DNA from: Takakia lepidozioides
Lineage: Eukaryota; Plantae; Bryophyta
Reading direction: 5' to 3'
Length of the DNA stretch: 64,000 bases
NCBI GenBank assembly: GCA_030704615.1
Contig: CM060734.1
Span: forward strand, 41,602,001 to 41,666,000
Below are positions 59,800-64,000 of this stretch, in pieces. A program made the position numbers and the translations under genes. Every line of letters starts with the position of its first letter. Positions within the stretch are counted from its first letter, which is position 1. The notes under the pieces are model-generated. The model searched no databases. It was not told the origin of the DNA and worked only from the letters and a program-made list of their open reading frames with translations.

Positions 59800-62700
59800 G
59801 GCACTTCTGGGCATGTGAAGATGCTTTGTGCGGCAGGCAGACTGACAGAAGCTCTACAGACTTTAACCAAAGAGGCATTTCAGCAGATTCAGATACGTAT
59901 ATCTGTTTCTTGCTTAAGTGCATCAAGATGACAGGTCTGGAAGCTGGAAAGCAGGTGCACACTCACAATGCTCACCAAGTGTTTAACAGAATGCTTCAAC
60001 GATCTTTGATCACGTGGAATATAATGTTGGCAGGATTACCAAGCGTGGGTGTGGTAGGAGTGCTTTGGAGACCTATGAGCAAATGCTGCGCGAAGGGGTG
60101 AAGCCCAACCACATCACATTTGTTTGTGTTTGCAATGCGTGTGCAAGCCTGGGAGCTCTGTAAAAGGGGAAAGAGGTCCATGGTGACATCGTCAAAGCTG
60201 GAATTGTACCAGATGTCATTCTGAACACTGCCCTGGTGGACATGTATGCCAAATGTGGGTGCATTGAGGATGCAAAGGGAGATTTCAACACTATGGCTGA
60301 ACGAGATGTGGTGTCGTGGAACGCGATGCTTGCAGGGTATGCACAGCAGGGACGTGGTATGGAGGCTTTGGAGACCTATTATCAAATGATGGGGGAAGGG
60401 GTGAAGCCCAACCACATCACGTTTGTGTGCATTTGCAATGCTTGTGCAAGCCTGGCAGCCCTGGAAAAGGGCAAAGAGGTGCATGGTGACATCATCAAAG
60501 CTTGAGTTGTACCAAATGTCATTCTGAACACTGCCCTGGCAGCTCTGGAAAAGGGCAAAGAGGTCCATGGCGACATTGTCAGAGCTGGAATTGTACCAAA
60601 TGTCATTCTGAACAATACCCTGGTGGACATGTATGCAAAATGTGGGTGCATCGAGGATGCAAAGGCAGTGTTAGACACTATGGCTGAACGAGATGTGGTG
60701 TCGTGGAGTGCGATGATTGCAGGGTATGCACAGCAAGGGCGTGGTATGGAGGCTTTGGAGACCTATGAGCAAATGATGGGGGAAGGGGTGAAGCCCGACC
60801 ACATCACGTTTGTTTGCATTTGCAATGCGTGTGCAAGCCTGGCAGCCCTGGAAAAGGGCAAAGAGGTCCATGGTGACATTGTCAAATCTGGAATTGTACC
60901 CGATGTCATTCTGAACACTGCCCTGGTGGACATGTATGCAAAATGTGGGTGCATCGAGGATGCAAAGGGAGTGTTCGATAGTATGGCTGCACGAGATGTG
61001 GTGTCGTGGAATGCGATGATTGCAGGATATGCACAGCAAGGGCGTGGGATGGAGGCTTTGGAGACCTATGAGCAAATGATGCGGGAAGGGGTGAAGCCCG
61101 ACCCCATCACGTTTGTGTCTGTTTGCAATGCGTGTGCAAGCCTGGCAGCCCTGGAAAAGGGCAAAGACGTCCATGTTGACATTGTCAGAGCTTGAATTGT
61201 ACCAAATATCATTCTGAACACTGCCCTGGTGGACATGTATGCAAAATGTGGGTGCATCGAGGATGCGAAGGGAGTGTTCGACAGTATGGCTGAACGAAAT
61301 GTGGTGTCGCGGAGCGTGATTATTGCAGGATATGCACAGGAAGGGCGCGGGATGGAGGCTTTGGAGACCTATGAGCAAATGATGCGGGAAGGGGTGAAGC
61401 CCAACCACATAACGTTTGTTTGCATTTGCAATGCGTGTGCAAGCCTGGCAGCCCTGGAAAAGGGCAAAGAGGTCCATGGTGACATCGTCAAACCTGGAGT
61501 TGTACCCGATGTCATTCTGAACACTGCCCTGGTGGACATGTGTGCCAAATGTTGGAGCATTGAGGATGCGAAGGGAGTGTTTGACAGTGTGGCTGAAGGA
61601 GATGTGGTGTCGTGGAGTGCGATGATTGCAGGATATGCACAGCAAGGGTCTGGGATGGAGGCTTTGGAGACCTATGAGCAAATGATGTGCGAAGGGGTGA
61701 AGCCCAATCACATAACGTTTGGTTTGCGTTTGCAATGCTTGTGCAAGCTTGGCAGCCCTGGAAAAGGGCAAAGAGGTCCATGGTGACATTGTCAAATCTG
61801 GAATTGTACCCGATGTCATTCTGAACACTGCCCTGGTGGACATGTATGCCAAATGTGGGAGCATCGAGGATGCGAAGGGAGTGTTCAACAATATGGCTGA
61901 ACGAAATGTGGCGTCATGGAACGCGATGCTCGCAGGATATGCCCAGCATGGTTGTCATAGGAAGGTCCTGCAACTATTTGAAGGAATGCAAAAGAGCGGC
62001 TTAAAGCCGGACAGTGTCACCTTTATATGTGTTCTCTCTGCATGCAGCCACGCTGGCCTACTGATTGAAGGAAGACGCTACTTTGATTCCCCGAGTCAAG
62101 ATCATGGTGTCACTCCAACAGTAAAGCACTTTGGCTGTATGGTGAACCTTCTTGGACGTGTGGGACAACTGGATGAGGCAGTGGATCTGATTAATAAGAT
62201 GCCAATCAATCCAGATGTTGTGGTGTGGAAGACCTTGCTTGGTGCCTGCAGAATCCATGGCAATGTGGAGATGGCTGAACGTGCGGCAACATCTATCCTC
62301 AAGTGGGATGAACAGGATGCTGCGACTTATGTGTTGCTATCAAACATGTATGCTGCAGCTGGCAGGTGGGATGATACTGCAAAGGTGAGAAGAATGATGA
62401 AGGTCAGAGGGGTTAAAAAGGAGCCAGGTCGCTGCTGCATTGAGGTTGGCAACAGGGTGCACACCTTCGTTGTAGATGACAAGTTGCATCCCATAATTAC
62501 AGAAATCCATGCTGAGCTGAGAAGATTGTCTAGGCAGATGAAGGAGGCAGGGTATGTGCCTGACACGCGCTTTGTGTTGCATGATGTGGGGGAGGAGGAA
62601 AAGGAATTTTCTCTTTGCCACCACAGTGAGAAGCTGGCCATTGGTTTTGGGCTGATCAGCACGACCCCTAGGACGCCTCTCCGTCTCATTAAGAATCTTC

Positions 62701-62830
62701 GATGTGTGGTGACTGCCACACCTCCACCAAATTCATCTCAAAGATTGTTGGCCGCGCCATTGTTGTACGGGACGCTAACCGCTTTCACCACTTTGAAGAT
62801 GGAATTTGTTCTTGTGGGGATTACTGGTGA
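59800..62830 (+). pseudogene. PLS-class PPR-E-DYW RNA editing factor pseudogene
   Basis: 303-bp P-L-S units; PG box (KKEPG), HSEKLA, CGDCH and terminal CSCGDYW*. Stops at 60161, 60503 and 61193; frameshifts near 61720 and 62704. Confidence 0.95.
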
Positions 62831-64000
62831 AAGGATGCTTTCTTGGAAACATGCGAGTTTCTTGCTTCATTCATTGATCTGTGTAGCTACTCAGATCATC
62901 CACCATTTCCTGAGTATTGACCATGATGTACTGTTGAGTGCACATCCACGGGAAATGATAGTGGGGTCTACCCGGAATAGGTGGGAAGTCAGCCCATAAT
63001 TGCACTTGCCTGAAGGGGTGATATTGGACTGACTTTGGTGACAGTGGATGGAAATCAGAGTGCTGTCCTAATTCTGGGTTTGGGTGGTGGAGCTTCCCCA
63101 AAGCTTGAAGATGGAAGTGAATACGAATTTTAATGAGCTTGATTAGAGTGGCAGCCCTGTGCACAAGTGTGACAGCATCTTACATTTGGACATGTTTGTA
63201 TGTTTCTCGTGGTGCCGCTTTGGATGGAGCCCTTGACTAACTTGCATGAATACTGTCAAAAGCTAGCCTTAACCCACCAAGATCCAATCCCATGGTGGCT
63301 GCTTGAAAGTATAGTGATTGTAAGGGTATTTGGGTGTTTTGTTATTGATTGACGCAGCTTGACTCCCTCACACTATAACAATGGTTTGTGCATGTTGGAG
63401 TTCAAGGTTGGGGGACACAGTCCACCCACTTCAGAACACAATTGCTACATTGGAGATCAGATTTGGGAGCATGTATGAAACAACTGTGCATAGTTTCATG
63501 CAACAATAAGCGATACTGCTAGTGTCCACTGAAGCAGGTCCCTATCGCTGGTGTGACTCCCAGTGTTCTCAGTGACTACTTGAGCTGCCAATCTCAAACA
63601 AGCCGAAAAACTCTCCTAAAATCCACCTCAAGAAAAGGGAGGTCTTTTTCTCTTGCTTCCAGTAACCGCCCAACATCCCAAAAACGAAGCTCTTGGTCGG
63701 TTATGTTGGCTCAATTAATATCAATAAAATTACACCAAACTAAGGAATATGTGGATAATGAGTATTCACTACAGTTTGAAGTCAATCCTTCATATTAAGC
63801 TCAAGCTTTAGACACATCAAGTCATTAAAGATATACGCACTACTCCTTTGGCTCTCATCAGAAGGATTTGTAGTGAGCCGTGGTGCGATGCTCAACTCAA
63901 CTGTTGCGCGAAGGGTTGGGATTCCCATTTCCTCGCATGCGAGTTTTGGGGTAAAGTAATCAGATAGGATTGTAGGGATAGAATTGCTCAAAAAAGTGGA

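Noticed and set aside
60161-61195. PPR stop codons rescued by U-to-C editing
   Set aside because: The stops derive from G-to-T changes (GAA, GGA), the gene is nuclear, and frameshifts are also present.
60671-61891. 406-aa minus-strand ORF
   Set aside because: Antisense shadow of the PPR tandem repeats.

Overview
Plant nuclear DNA that is mostly transposon. A non-seed land plant is likely (inference from a highly homogeneous PLS-DYW PPR array and a replitron-type HUH relic). The only apparently intact host gene is a 3-exon CYP71-clan cytochrome P450 (minus strand, 54956-57329). It lies head-to-head with a pseudogenised PPR-E-DYW gene that carries three OSB-type PDF motifs at its N-terminus. 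The main feature is an 11.3-kb Ty3/Gypsy-like retroelement (15980-27279) nested in the RT of an older Gypsy. (i) Its ancestral single ORF reads Gag-PR-DNMT3-like C5 methyltransferase-RT-RNaseH-integrase-PHD finger. (ii) It has split direct repeats A1-internal-B1-gc-A2-B2 instead of two ordinary LTRs, with TG..CA ends, a 4-bp TSD and a palindromic GACA-GC-TGTC B/A junction, as if a 2-LTR circle had been opened inside one LTR. (iii) It has a self-complementary, covarying primer-binding site instead of a tRNA PBS. Two partial relatives (8660-9104 minus; about 35003-50295 plus) show the same termini independently. The second relative is interrupted by a 12.2-kb CACTA element. That CACTA has a divergently oriented TnpA-like gene containing an FCP1/NIF phosphatase domain and carries captured PDF/PPR gene pieces. 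Also present: a TGCA-targeting MITE family (3 copies), LINE and replitron relics, and COR413/GEM-like gene fragments. All assignments come from reading the sequence by eye; no searches were run.
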